A stretch of DNA of 64,000 nucleotides. It comes from Octopus sinensis. Its lineage: Eukaryota. This document shows, piece by piece, positions 26,721-37,870 of the stretch (positions are counted from its first letter, which is position 1; each line of letters begins with the position of its first letter). A model generated the notes under the pieces. It did not search any database, was not told the origin of the DNA, and saw only the letters and a list, made by a program, of their open reading frames with translations. The DNA lies in assembly GCF_006345805.1 (NCBI RefSeq), contig NC_043011.1:51720464-51784463 (forward strand), in the 5' to 3' direction. The position numbers were made by a program, and so were the translations under genes.

Positions 26721-27047
26721 TTTTTTTTTTACTCTTTTTGTTTTTATGCTTTTTTCTTTTCTATACTAGCATGGGCTAGATGATTGTATTATTGAGCTGT
26801 TATTTTACAGTTGGATGGCCTTCCTGTTGTCAATCCCCAACCTGCTTTCAAGTAAGGGAGCTCTTATTGCATACATTTTCAAAGTTGCAAAACCAGTGGA
26901 CAATTTCTTAACAGGAGAAATGACAACAATGGTCACAGCTTCTATCTTGGTGATTTTCAAAAGTGTAAATGTTAACAAACACAAACACACAAATGTGCAT
27001 TCAACACACACACATACACATAGATGTGCATTTATATACATATATGA

Positions 27048-27210
27048 TGGACTCTTTTCAGTTTCTATCAACTAAATCCCCTCATAAGGCTGTGGTCAAC
27101 CTCATGCTATAACAGAAGACACTTCCAAAGGTACCATACAATGAACCTTAACCTGAACCTCCCACCATGTGGTTGAGAAGTGAACTTCTTAACCACAAAG
27201 CCATGTTCAT
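27048..27210 (-). mobile_element. SINE family A head fragment
   Basis: GGACTCTTTTCAGTTTCTATCAACTAAATCC...GAAGACACTTCCAAAGG...GAACTTCTTAACCACAAAGCC. Confidence 0.75.
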
Positions 27211-27329
27211 GCTTAAAAGTTGTAACATCACCTGCAGTTGTAACATCACACTGCATCTGCTGTAAGCTACTACACTAACCTAACATTAAGAATACTGCAT
27301 AGTAAATATTTGTTCTTGAATAGTTTAGT

Positions 27330-28080
<751 letters not shown>

Positions 28081-28403
28081 AGACACACATATACATAAAC
28101 ACACTTACACATATATACATAAACACTCAAACACTAAGACGTATAAGTTGAAGTTTAATATGATAACTGATTGAAATCTGTTGGGTGGCTTCTGAGAATC
28201 AAAGAGTTCAACTACATTAAAATCTAATTAAAAATTCAGTACTTTAAATGCTATACATATATCTGGAATGATATCCTCAAAACAAGTATTTAAATATATT
28301 CTGACCACGGCTAAATGCAAAAATATCTATCCATCTGATATACAGCTTTCACTCAGCTACTGTTACAACCTTTGATCTATTGAGCCAATGACAGAGGGAA
28401 GGG

Positions 28404-28434
<31 letters not shown>

Positions 28435-28747
28435 CTTTTATATGGCCACTTAAGTTGCGACAAATATCAATGTACATATGGATGACAAAAACTGAAGGCT
28501 ATTAAGTCTGAGTAAAGCACAGGTTGCTCATAACTGCAATATCTTTGATCAGAGGTTCCCTCAATCAGTACTTAGAGCAAAACAACAATCTTTGACCTGC
28601 TAATGTTCTTTTTCTAATTTCTCTATTACCACTGTTGCAATGGTTCCAACTCATATGAACTTGATGCCTAAAGACTCATTCAGTTCAAATATAATTGATG
28701 CCTTGAGTTAAAAATTGTTCTTGTTTACCTTTTCTTTCTCTATCTAT

Positions 28748-28790
<43 letters not shown>

Positions 28791-28794
<4 letters not shown>

Positions 28795-29006
28795 AGGTTG
28801 GCTAAAAGTCACAAGACAATAAATCAAAACCATTTCATTCCACGATTTATTTATGTTTACCAACTGAATGAATTTAATAAAAGCATCTAAATATGAAACA
28901 TCATGAAAATAGTTCAAACTGAAGTCCTTCTTGAGTGACACATTTTTCGATTTGAGTCAATACAGAATTTTGATTTACTGTTGGGTGACTTTTGGCCAAC
29001 TCTGTG
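28791..29006. mobile_element. Tc1/mariner-type MITE (about 215 bp)
   Basis: TIRs CACAAGGTTGGCTAAAAGTCAC and GTGACTTTTGGCCAACTCTGTG, inserted in a (TA)/(CA) microsatellite. Confidence 0.8.
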
Positions 29007-29239
29007 TGTGTATACAAACACACACATATATATACATAGAGAGAGAGAGAGAGCATAAATTTCACAGATATAACATGATTTAATTACTTTCAACAGCTGT
29101 TTCATTTAGAATGAGCATAATTAATTCCATAATTAGCTAGTTGAGATACATAATTGATGAACATTAATCTGAATTAAATTAATTTAAAGCAATACTCATC
29201 TAAAATCATCTGGAGTATTACCAGTTATTGCTCTGATAA

Positions 29240-29580
29240 TGCTACTGAGCTGGGTAGTGGGCTTTGTTGGTTAGAGATAAACTCTAGAACAACAGCAGTG
29301 CTGCAAACCATGTTTATTTGGGATACACACAAAATGATGAAACTACTTGGCATGTATTTGTTCAGTGTCCAACTATTGTTGACTTGTGTTGTTTTGTGAA
29401 ATGGTTACCAGCTGTCCTCAACACTATGATTAACCAACTGCCTTTCTTTGGCTACAAAGAGCAGGTAGTTTTTGTCTGACGGATGTATATGGCAAGAGAG
29501 TGTGGTAGATGCAAATGAAAAGTCTTGGGACAGATGCTTTCTAAGCTTTTATAAATTTTTCCATGTTCCATGTGCATACT
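29240..29580 (+). pseudogene. L1/Tx1-type LINE ORF2 C-terminal (CCHC-region) fragment
   Basis: GYTQNDETTWHVFVQCPTIVDL...MAREC fits the ETxxHxxxxCP zinc-knuckle pattern of L1/Tx1 ORF2. Stops present. Confidence 0.65.
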
Positions 29581-29724
29581 CGGATACATTCATCTTGTTT
29601 GGTTTGATGAGATATATACGAGTAATTTACTGTTGTCATTTAAATCCACAAATGCAATTTTGAGGAATTGTTAGAAAGCCTTATTACAAAGAACAGTTGT
29701 TTTTCGTAGTATATTTGCTTGTAG

Positions 29725-30055
29725 TGGTTGGACTGCAGCCATGCTGGGGGCACTGCCTTGAAGGGTTTTAGTCAAATGAGTTGGCCCAAGTACTTATATA
29801 TTTTTAAGCATGGTACTGCTAATTTACAGGAACATAAGCAAACCAACCGCAGTTATCAAACGTTGATGGGGGACAAACACAGATATAAGCATACATGTGT
29901 AAAGGGCTTCTTTCAGTTTCAGTCAATCAAATCCACTTACAAGGTTTTGGTTGACTCAGAGCTGTAGTAGAAGATACTTTGCCTGGGTGGCTCGCAATTG
30001 ACTGAACTTGGAACTATGAAGTTGGGAAGCAAACTTCTTACCACACAAAATATGC
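29725..30055 (-). mobile_element. SINE family A-related, degenerate
   Basis: GGACTGCAGCCATGCTGGGGGCACTGCC...GGGCTTCTTTCAGTTTC...AAACTTCTTACCACAC. Confidence 0.8.
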
Positions 30056-30274
30056 TGTTGCAGAATTTAGTTATGTCTACACATGTTCCAAGTAGAAATC
30101 TTATCAGACTTATAAGTACCAGTAATACACTGGGTTGATTCAATCAACTCTTGCCCTTCTACTATAGAATTGTAGTCTCGTGTCACTGCGAGAAATCATT
30201 ATTATTGTCATTAATCATTATTTTTTTTTAAAGAAATCATTTTGTGCAAGAAATCATTCTCAACAGCCTTATAA

Positions 30275-30308
<34 letters not shown>

Positions 30309-30874
30309 TAATCCTTTTATCTCCTGGAACCAGCAAAATAAACCAAAAACAAATGTCTTCTATGAATAATAAATATTTCAAACAAATTTTTTTTCCATCT
30401 TTAAAGAAATTTTTACAAAAAATAAAAAAAAATTTCTTAGTTTGTAATGTTTTCCCCCTTTTGGTTAGTTTTTTTTTTTAAATTACATAAATAAATAAAT
30501 ACTTTAAAAAAAAGACAAAGAAACAAACTACAAAATTCAAATTAAAAAAAAAACCCTTATATGTCGATGCCATTTTAAAAAATTTTAATGTTTTTCATGA
30601 TTAAATAATTATGTTGAAAACAGAAGTTGCTAAAGAGAAAATAACAGCAAAAAAGGAAAAAGAAAGAAAAGAAAGTGAGAAAGAGAGAAAAAAAAAACAA
30701 TTCAATTCTTTGAAATTTGCCAGAAGGTTTGGATGCTGGAATAAGACGAGGAAAGAAATAAAGAAATTTAATGAGAAATATCAGTGAATCTTCCCCTTTG
30801 GTTTATATATATGTTTTTTTTTAATTTTTTATGTAAAACAAAAATGTTATTCCAGAGAAAATTTGACATGCTTC

Positions 30875-30909
30875 TTCATTATCATCTTCATTATCATTAT
30901 TGTTGTGAT

Positions 30910-30947
<38 letters not shown>

Positions 30948-30998
30948 TTATTATTATTATTATTATTATTATTATCATTATTATCATTATTATTATCA

Positions 30999-31030
<32 letters not shown>

Positions 31031-31070
31031 GTTATTATTATTATTATTATTATTATTCCAATGAAAGAAA
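30875..31070. repeat. Long compound (TAC)n/(TAT)n/(CAT) trinucleotide microsatellite
   Basis: Directly visible. It is the source of the poly-Y/N/I/T ORFs in all frames. Confidence 0.97.
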
Positions 31071-31976
31071 TCACTATTATTACAAAAGGATGAAATACAT
31101 GTCCTTTGTGTCAATTTGTTTTCACTTTTGTTACATATTCAATTGGTGCCCTGACAGTAAATAAAAGAATTATCATTATTATTATTATTGTTATTACCCT
31201 TGTGGTTAATAGAGAAACCACTATTATTATCATTATGATTGGCAGAGGCAGAGACAATATAGTGCCAGACTAAAAGCCTTACAGTACTTAGCTTCATGTT
31301 TCCAAGCTCAGAATTTAAAAATACATACAGCTGAGATTGATTTTTGCCTTTCAACTATCCAGTTTTGCTGAAGTAAAAGTACTGCACATGTACTAAGGTC
31401 ATTTCAATTAACTGAGTCCCTTCTATTACAAATTTCTAGCCTGCTGGGCTATGTAATGAATTGTTATTATTATTTCTATTTATAATCACATGTGTTTATG
31501 TAGAGTAATTGTAAGAGTAGTTGAATCATTGTGATCTGTAACTGTTGTTTTGATCCAGGTAAGTCTTGATCAAGCAGATCTATATAGCCAGAGGCATTCC
31601 AGCTGTGACTGACCATCCTGCTTCCCCCCCCCCATACAAAATGTAACCAGAAATACATTATCCAAATTGCCCTTCCATTTATTCAAACAACAGGGAATAA
31701 TTTGAGAGTGATTAATCTTATTTCTAGCAAGGTCAAGGAGATTTTGTTGTCTTAAATTGTTTGTAATTTATAGGGTTTGGCATGTGTGACATTTATTTAT
31801 TCATTTTAGAAAGAATAAAGAGGTCTTTTTTCCCTCGGCAAGGGGGAGAAGATATGAAGAAATAAATACAATATTGTTTCTTGTTGCTATAAATACAATA
31901 TTTGTTATTGATTACAAAAAGAGAACAGCAAATTGTATCATGACACAATACAATTACATCTATTCACTGTCCATTT

Positions 31977-32249
31977 CAGTGATTTTCAAATAATGTACTG
32001 CAGATTTTGAAAAATGTATAATTTAAGGCTTTAGAAAATCCATAATAATACTTGAGTGTCTTGAAAAACATTTTATTATACACAAAGATAATTAATAAAC
32101 AACCCAAGCAATAATTTTCCACAGATGTAAAAAAATTTTAACTTAAAACAGTTTTTTTAATAACTTTATATTTGAAGTATGCAAGTAAATTTTTTTTTTT
32201 ACATTTAATCTCCAATGTGTTACAAAATCAAAAAGATTACGAATCACTG
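31977..32249. mobile_element. hAT-type MITE
   Basis: Ends CAGTGATTTTCAAA ... TTACGAATCACTG, with 8-bp flanks GTCCATTT and GTCTATTC (6/8, a decayed TSD). Confidence 0.6.
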
Positions 32250-32715
32250 GTCTATTCAACTACTACTAGAAGCAACCTCTACTGAACAAACTAGTTGCAT
32301 TCTACCACCACTTACACCCATCTAACACACTCGTCCCTTCATATCTCGGACCTAGTAATAACCATTGAAATCCATATTAATTGAACCTAGTATTAAGCAC
32401 TGGAATCCATATTAATCAGTTGGACACCTAACAAACCAGTAGCCTGTAAATATAACAGAAATGTTTGTCTTACAGCAATGGTTCCCTTACGATATATTAA
32501 CCCACATATTCTACCTGTTTTTGTTCAAACTAATCAAATCTGGCCTCTCACACATATCCCACAATGTCATTCTAAAAATAACCAATTATATCATTGAAAT
32601 TTTGAAGCTATGAGATAAGTGATGATTAATTCAAAACAGTGTATATAAATAAGCATTACATTGGACAATCTCATTGTGATTGGGTTAAGAACTATGAAGT
32701 TGGCAGTGAGTAATA

Positions 32716-33046
32716 CATCATCGTTTAACGTCCGCTTTCCATGCTAGCATAGGTTGGACGGTTCAACTGGGGTCTGGCAAGCCCGAAGGCTGCACCAGGC
32801 CAGTCAGATCTGGCAGTGTTTCTACAGCTTGATGCCCTTCCTAACGCCAACCACTCCGAGAGTGTAGTGGGTGATTTTATGTGCCACCGACACAGGTGCC
32901 AGTCGAGGCTGGCAGACGGCCACGCTCGGATGGTGTTTTTTATGTGCCACCGACACAGGTGCCAGACGAGGCTGGCAGACGGCCACGCTCGGATGGTGCT
33001 TTTTATGTGCCACCGACAGGTGCCAGACGAGGCTGGCAGACGGCCA
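32716..33046 (-). mobile_element. (GAT)n-tail family element with three ~62-bp tandem units
   Basis: CATCATCGTTTAACGTCCGCTTTCCATGCTAGC..., then TTTATGTGCCACCGACACAGGTGCCAGACGAGGCTGGCAGACGGCCAC repeated three times. Confidence 0.92.
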
Positions 33047-33879
33047 TAAGTTTAAATTTAATTACAGTCAATAGCTGTAATACATAAGAATATAAAGATT
33101 AAATATTTACAAGACAGGTTGTTTGTGACTGAATAAGAGGTTTTTGGTCTTCCTAATAATCCCCAGGTTCCCCCACTGATTTGTATATATTTACATCTAT
33201 TCTTAGTCTGACTGCCAATCTGCAGCTGGCTCCTGATGAAGTTGCTAATAAAAAGGGTTTTGCTAATACATTCACATTAGAAATAGGTAGAAATAATGCC
33301 TGGCTCATAAACATCTTAATTTTGGTTAGGTAATGAGCTTTATTAATGTGCTAAATAGATTTGAGCATCACATATCATATAAATAAAATAGTTATTAATC
33401 CATGCAAGTAGTTGTATAAAGGAAATAAAGGAAGCTGAAAATTTACAGAGAGTGTTTAAGAAGAATCATGGATATTAAATATTAGTATGCTTAACTGGTT
33501 TCACATTTGTATGATTTTCAAAAGCCTAAGATTTAAGGGACATAGAGATATGTCACAAACTGTATTGTTTACAGCTCCATGTCTCTCAAAACTGACACCT
33601 TTGAAAATCATGCAAATGTGAAAGCAATTAAGTGTATCAATATTAATATAAATAAATCTTCTTATACATTCTCTGTGCATTTTCAACATCTATTTCCTAT
33701 ATATGTATATAGTATGTAAACAATCAGACTTCTGCACCATTTCTGTCTATCAAATTCCACTCACTAGTTATTGGTCAGCCTAAGGCACTGGCCTAAGTGT
33801 CACATAGTTGGATCAACCTAGAACAACATGGTGATAAAATGATCTTCATAACCAAAAATAGCCACATAAATATACATAC

Positions 33880-33948
<69 letters not shown>

Positions 33949-34007
33949 AGGCATACACTTATATACACATATGGCTATTTTTGTAATTATGCATTAATAT
34001 CCATGCA

Positions 34008-34313
34008 TCATCATCATCATCGTTTAGCGTCCACTTTCCATGCTAGCATGAGTTGGACGGTTCAACTGGGGTCTGGGAAGCCAGAAGGCTGCACCAAGCC
34101 CAGTTTGTTCTGGCAATGTTTCTACGGCTGGATGCCCTTCCTAACGCCAACCACTCCATGAGTGTAGTGGGTGCTTTTTACGTGCCAGACGAGTCTGGTA
34201 AACGGCCATGATCGGATGGTGCTTTTTATGTGCCACCGGCACGGGGGCCAGGCGAGGCTGGCAATGGCCACGAATGGATGGTGCTTTTTACGTGCCACCG
34301 GCACGGGGGCCAG
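34008..34313 (-). mobile_element. (GAT)n-tail family element
   Basis: (CAT)n-CGTTTAGCGTCCACTTTCCATGCTAGC..., with tandem units containing GTGCCACCGGCACGGGGGCCAG. Confidence 0.92.
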
Positions 34314-34490
34314 CACAAGTTCCACTGGGGTGGACATGTCACAAGGTTCACAGACAACAGATGGATCCATGCACTTGTTGAGTGGTATCCAAGAGATCAG
34401 AAAAGCCACTCAGAAGGCCTCAATCATGATGGGAAGTTGATTTAGTTAAACAATTTGGGAAGAGATAGAAAAGAAGAGCAATACCATACC
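34314..34490 (+). pseudogene. RTE-clade LINE ORF C-terminal fragment
   Basis: KFHWGGHVTRFTDNRWIHALVEWYPRDQK matches the RTE pattern KWxWAGHVxRxxDxRWT..V.EWYPR. Confidence 0.8.
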
Positions 34491-34904
34491 ATCAAAGAAT
34501 TGATAGCACATTCTGACCAGCAATGAATAACTGATCTCATTGATACAGTGATATAGTATGTTTATGTAAATATATTAACTGCATATACATTGTTGCTTGA
34601 AAGTATACTTAGATTAGTATGTATGTGTGTGTGTGGTGTATGTGTGTGAATATAGGGACACAATGGAGATGGAGAAAGACAACTTGGTAAAGAAGTGCCA
34701 AATAAGTCAAGTGAAAGGAACCTCTAGAAGAAGGAAACTGAAGAAAACATGGGAAGAAGCACAGGGAAGCTGAATCTCACAAAAGAGATTTCAAAGGACT
34801 GTAACTGGTGGCAAGACATTATGGTAGGAAAAAAAACCTATCCAACCCAAGCAAAAACTATGTTGCTGATACATGTATATACACACATGCATATGTATAT
34901 ATAC

Positions 34905-35472
34905 AAATTTTTGGTAGTAATGACTTATGTCCCTCTTAGTGTGAGGCTTTTATGTGTAATAATGCCCTCTATATAATATAAATTAATATGTTCAGAAGAA
35001 AAAAAAAATTATTTTCGAATTTTTCTCTTATGAGGTTTTTCACGTTAACTACCTGATAATTTCTTGTTAAGATTCCTTATTAAGAAGTTATCCTTAATTG
35101 TTAAATTTATTCCGAAAAAACTTTTCCTACCCGAAATGCAGTTCGAAAAAGCCCGCCATTTACCGATTATATGATATATAAACATCTCCATGTGCTTCGT
35201 CGGAGAGAGCAGTTGCCTGTTCGACTTCGACGGTGTTGGTCGTTTACTTATGATGTGTTCAGAATCAGTTCTACCGATGAGCATAGACGCATTTTTTATG
35301 CGGTAAGTGCGAAATCACAGGTGATATAGGACTAAATTCATTTTTTAAATGTCTTGCTTTGAAAAACTGCATTGGGTATGATTAGTGAAATTTTTGGTAG
35401 TAATGACTTATGTCCCTCTTATTGTGAGGCATTTATGTGTAATAATGCCCTCTATATAATATAAATTAATAT
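34905..35472 (+). mobile_element. Non-coding hammerhead-bearing element with 85-bp terminal direct repeats (retrozyme or Penelope-dependent candidate)
   Basis: 34905-34989 and 35388-35472 are 83/85 identical (period 483 bp). The 398-bp core is CpG-rich, has no convincing ORF and contains a type I hammerhead fold. Both ends abut TA-rich microsatellite. Confidence 0.7.
35268..35332 (+). ncRNA. Type I hammerhead ribozyme-like motif (U4C core variant)
   Basis: Stem I GUUCUA(35268-73)/UAGGAC(35327-32); core CCGAUGA(35274-80); stem II GCAU/GUGC extended by CGCAU-U5-AUGCG; GAAA(35311-14); stem III AUCAC-AG-GUGAU; H17 = A35326 (AUA site). Folded by hand; activity not shown. Confidence 0.75.
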
Positions 35473-35475
35473 ATA

Positions 35476-35520
35476 TATTGGGTCATTCCATAAATAATAA
35501 TGCGATTTTTTTCAATCACA
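35476..35520 (+). mobile_element. Isolated mariner-type terminal fragment
   Basis: TA-TTGGGTCATTCCATAAATAAT...GCGATTTTTT resembles a mariner TIR start. Confidence 0.4.
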
Positions 35521-35552
35521 CTAACTAAAAGTTGGAGGTGAACTATTGGCGA

Positions 35553-35705
35553 TTTTCTTCCATCTTCCTTTTCTATCGGACTTTCCTCTGCTCGAAACAT
35601 TAAACCAGCTTTTTTTCCTTCCCTGAGCGTTTGCTAATACTTTACATGTACCACGTCCTCAAGTTTTCTCTTTTGTGTTTGTTCTTCATTTTTTTTTTAT
35701 TTACT
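35553..35705 (+). mobile_element. Penelope-like terminal-repeat remnant, paralog of 47361-47525
   Basis: CTCTGCTCGAAACATTAAACC...CCCTGAGCGT...TAATAC...CCACGTCCTC...TTTTGTG aligns with the 47.4-kb copy and ends in (TA)n. Confidence 0.6.
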
Positions 35706-36029
35706 ATATATATATATATATATGCGCTTCTGGTTTCGTTGTGGAAAGATGTGCTTTTTGTGCTCCAGAAACAACCAAGAGGGATTCCCTAATATACTAC
35801 ATGAAAGTCAGTGATGCAAGCCAGAGTTATCATTAAAGAAAGCACATGGTGATAAATCATACTTTCATTTGTAACCGCGTTTAAGAAGAAAAAAATTTGT
35901 TTTTGAAAGAAAACTTCTTTGTACAAGAACAAGGATTGGAATTTTACCTCTTGCGAATAAATATCCTACTCATTTTGTTTATTTTCTTTTATCTTTGGTA
36001 ATACTGGATGAAAATTTGAGTTGAAACTT

Positions 36030-37870
36030 ATTGCTTGTTTACATTCTGAGAATTTACGGTAGCGAATTCGTTACGAAACTTTTTTTCTCTATCACTATAG
36101 TTTTTCATTCAACTTTTCTTACAGTGACCTCTTTGTTTTACATTTTATTTGAAAACTAGAATTCATTACGAAACCCCTTTCTTTTCACTATGGTTTTTTC
36201 ACTTTATCCTTTTTACAGCACCCGTCCAGATTAATAAATTTTGTTTTCCATTACCTGTTCCCCCTCTCTCTTTCATACCTACCTCTTCCTCTCTCCTTCC
36301 CTTACATATCTTCCTCCCTTTCTCGTTTCTTTCTCCTTCCCTTTATCTCTCTTTACACCTACCTCTCTCCCTCTCTCTTCCATATGTTCCTCGTTTTCTC
36401 AACACTCTCCTTCATCTGTCTCTCCTTCCCTTTCATATCTTCCTCCTTTCGCTTTCCCTTCCTTTGTCTCTCTCTACATCTACCTCTCCTTCTCACCCTC
36501 TCCCTCATATATTTCTCATTCCATCTCTCCCTTTTCCCTCCTCTACCTCCCTCTGTCTTGCTATCACCCACACACTCTTTCACTTTCTTCATATCATCCA
36601 CTCTCTTTCCTTCATATCTCCCACTCTCTTTCCCTGTCCCCCCTGTCTTTCTTCTTCTCTACCTCCCTCTGTCTCTCTCACTTCCTCTCTATCCTCTCCT
36701 CCCCCTCTGGGCTTAAAAAAACAAAGATGGCACCAAAGTGGGAGAGCAAAAAATTGAATCTTTTGTTGCAAGCATGGACGATTGCTAGCGCGAACTGCCA
36801 AATAATATCATTACTGCTGCACTGGAGAACAATGGCTTCTGTAGAACCATTGATCAGATTGAGCGGAAGAAAAATGAATTCATCTGATCCTATGCCCTTA
36901 TCAGACCACACAATGACACTCTTGATGTCATCGTGGAAAACTACTATGCCAAGGCCGATAAGGATAGGGAAAACGAAACAAAAACCAGAAGTCTCTTTGA
37001 TCCAGTGGTTCTTCAAAAGAATGGATCACCCCACCCCTGTGAATGACCGGGTTGATAAGGATAGGGAAGCTAAGGAAGCAGCAACCAGAAGCCCCTCTGT
37101 GCCAGTGGTCCTACACAGGAATGGACTCCTCACCCCATTGGACAACCAGAGGAATGCAAATGCTATCAGAAGAAAAGGAAGGACAGAACAGGAGCACAAT
37201 CATAAAGAAGGGGAGAAAAAGGAAAATGAAAAAAATGAAATAAGTAAAGCCGAAACCCCAAATCACCAAACAAAAATCAGAAAACTCAAGTATGGAGGCT
37301 CCAATGGAATCCAAAACCCTAGAAGAGAGAAGAAATTTGGAGTGCCCTCAAAGACCTGCAAATTTTACCTGCAAGGGAAGACAGCAAAAACTGCTGGTTT
37401 GCTCACCCGAGACCCCGCCAAAACTACAGGGGCCTTAAGGAGAAAAATTTGCCTGAGAAAAGACAAAAATCATCACAAAAGAAAAAATATAGAAAAGAAG
37501 TGCGCTTTTCAAAGGTTATGCACAAGGCAGCAGCTGAGCAAGAGTCTTTTTTGCGCATGGCACAAAAGATTGTGTAGCAGCTGGCACAAACAGGGAACCT
37601 TGTCCACCACTGTGCAAGATCACCACAGTCAACAGACACGGAATGGCCTCCCCTTATACCTGCTCAGTTGTCATGCCAATATTTTTACTAAATATTGGGG
37701 GCCTGTTGCATCATAACAAAAGCAAAATTTTTTTTTCTTGAGAGACCTTGCTGCATGCAATCAAGCCCTATGCATAGCACTCATGGAAACTCACCTCAGC
37801 CCTGATATAGAGGATGCAGAAGTACACGTACCAAAATATGCCATACTGCAAAAAGAAAAGAGATAGAGAC
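36030..37870 (+). mobile_element. 5' half of an APE-type LINE (CR1/L2/Jockey-like group): 5' repeats, ORF1 with CCCH finger, start of ORF2 endonuclease
   Basis: Two ~100-bp paralogous units at 36050-36240. ORF1-like from ATG 36727 with TCKFYLQGK/(frameshift)SKNCWFAH at 37357-37406. From 37685, LLNIGGLL...FLRDLAACNQALCIALMETHLSPDIEDAEVHVPKYAILQK fits the APE N-terminus (N..GL...ETHL...D.E..I.xY...R). Confidence 0.8.
36250..36710. repeat. Homopyrimidine/homopurine (CT-rich) low-complexity tract
   Basis: About 460 bp almost exclusively C/T on the + strand. Produces the 202-aa ORF and the N-terminus of the 491-aa ORF. Confidence 0.9.

Larger units (their letters stand above)
21700..26790 (+). 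mobile_element. Helitron (RepHel) fossil interrupted by at least four younger insertions
   Basis: Degenerate translation follows canonical Helitron order: CCxN (about 22150), YNNPMASLG, FQQYAIDDFIKI, IILPVSLYESPRWYAEAFQDFMSIIRYYDKPDFFITFITNPNW (Rep), CAEIPD...KNMIH, LPVHL...TTLSGFFELN...GRIPV...FMRMLLYH, EAC.KRGL, VFATILLY, then the PIF1 helicase. The 5' boundary is approximate. Confidence 0.9.

Noticed and set aside
30784-31164. Poly-Tyr, Asn, Ile and Thr ORFs, and all YIYIY/HTHT/CVCV ORFs in the track
   Set aside because: They are translations of tri- and dinucleotide microsatellites and are open in several frames simply because they lack stops.
32871-33046. 62-bp repeats as a CRISPR array or as twister/HDV-like ribozymes
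   Set aside because: The units are contiguous tandem copies within a dispersed retroposon, and I could not fit the conserved twister or HDV cores.
36045-36190. Hammerhead at GTAGCGA-AT-TCGTTAC-GAAAC
   Set aside because: A hairpin plus GAAAC is present, but no CUGANGA lies directly 5' of the stem and there is no convincing stem I or III.
36241-37716. 491-aa ORF as a host gene
   Set aside because: The N-terminal third is a translated CT-rich tract. The rest is a frameshifted LINE ORF1 running into an APE remnant.
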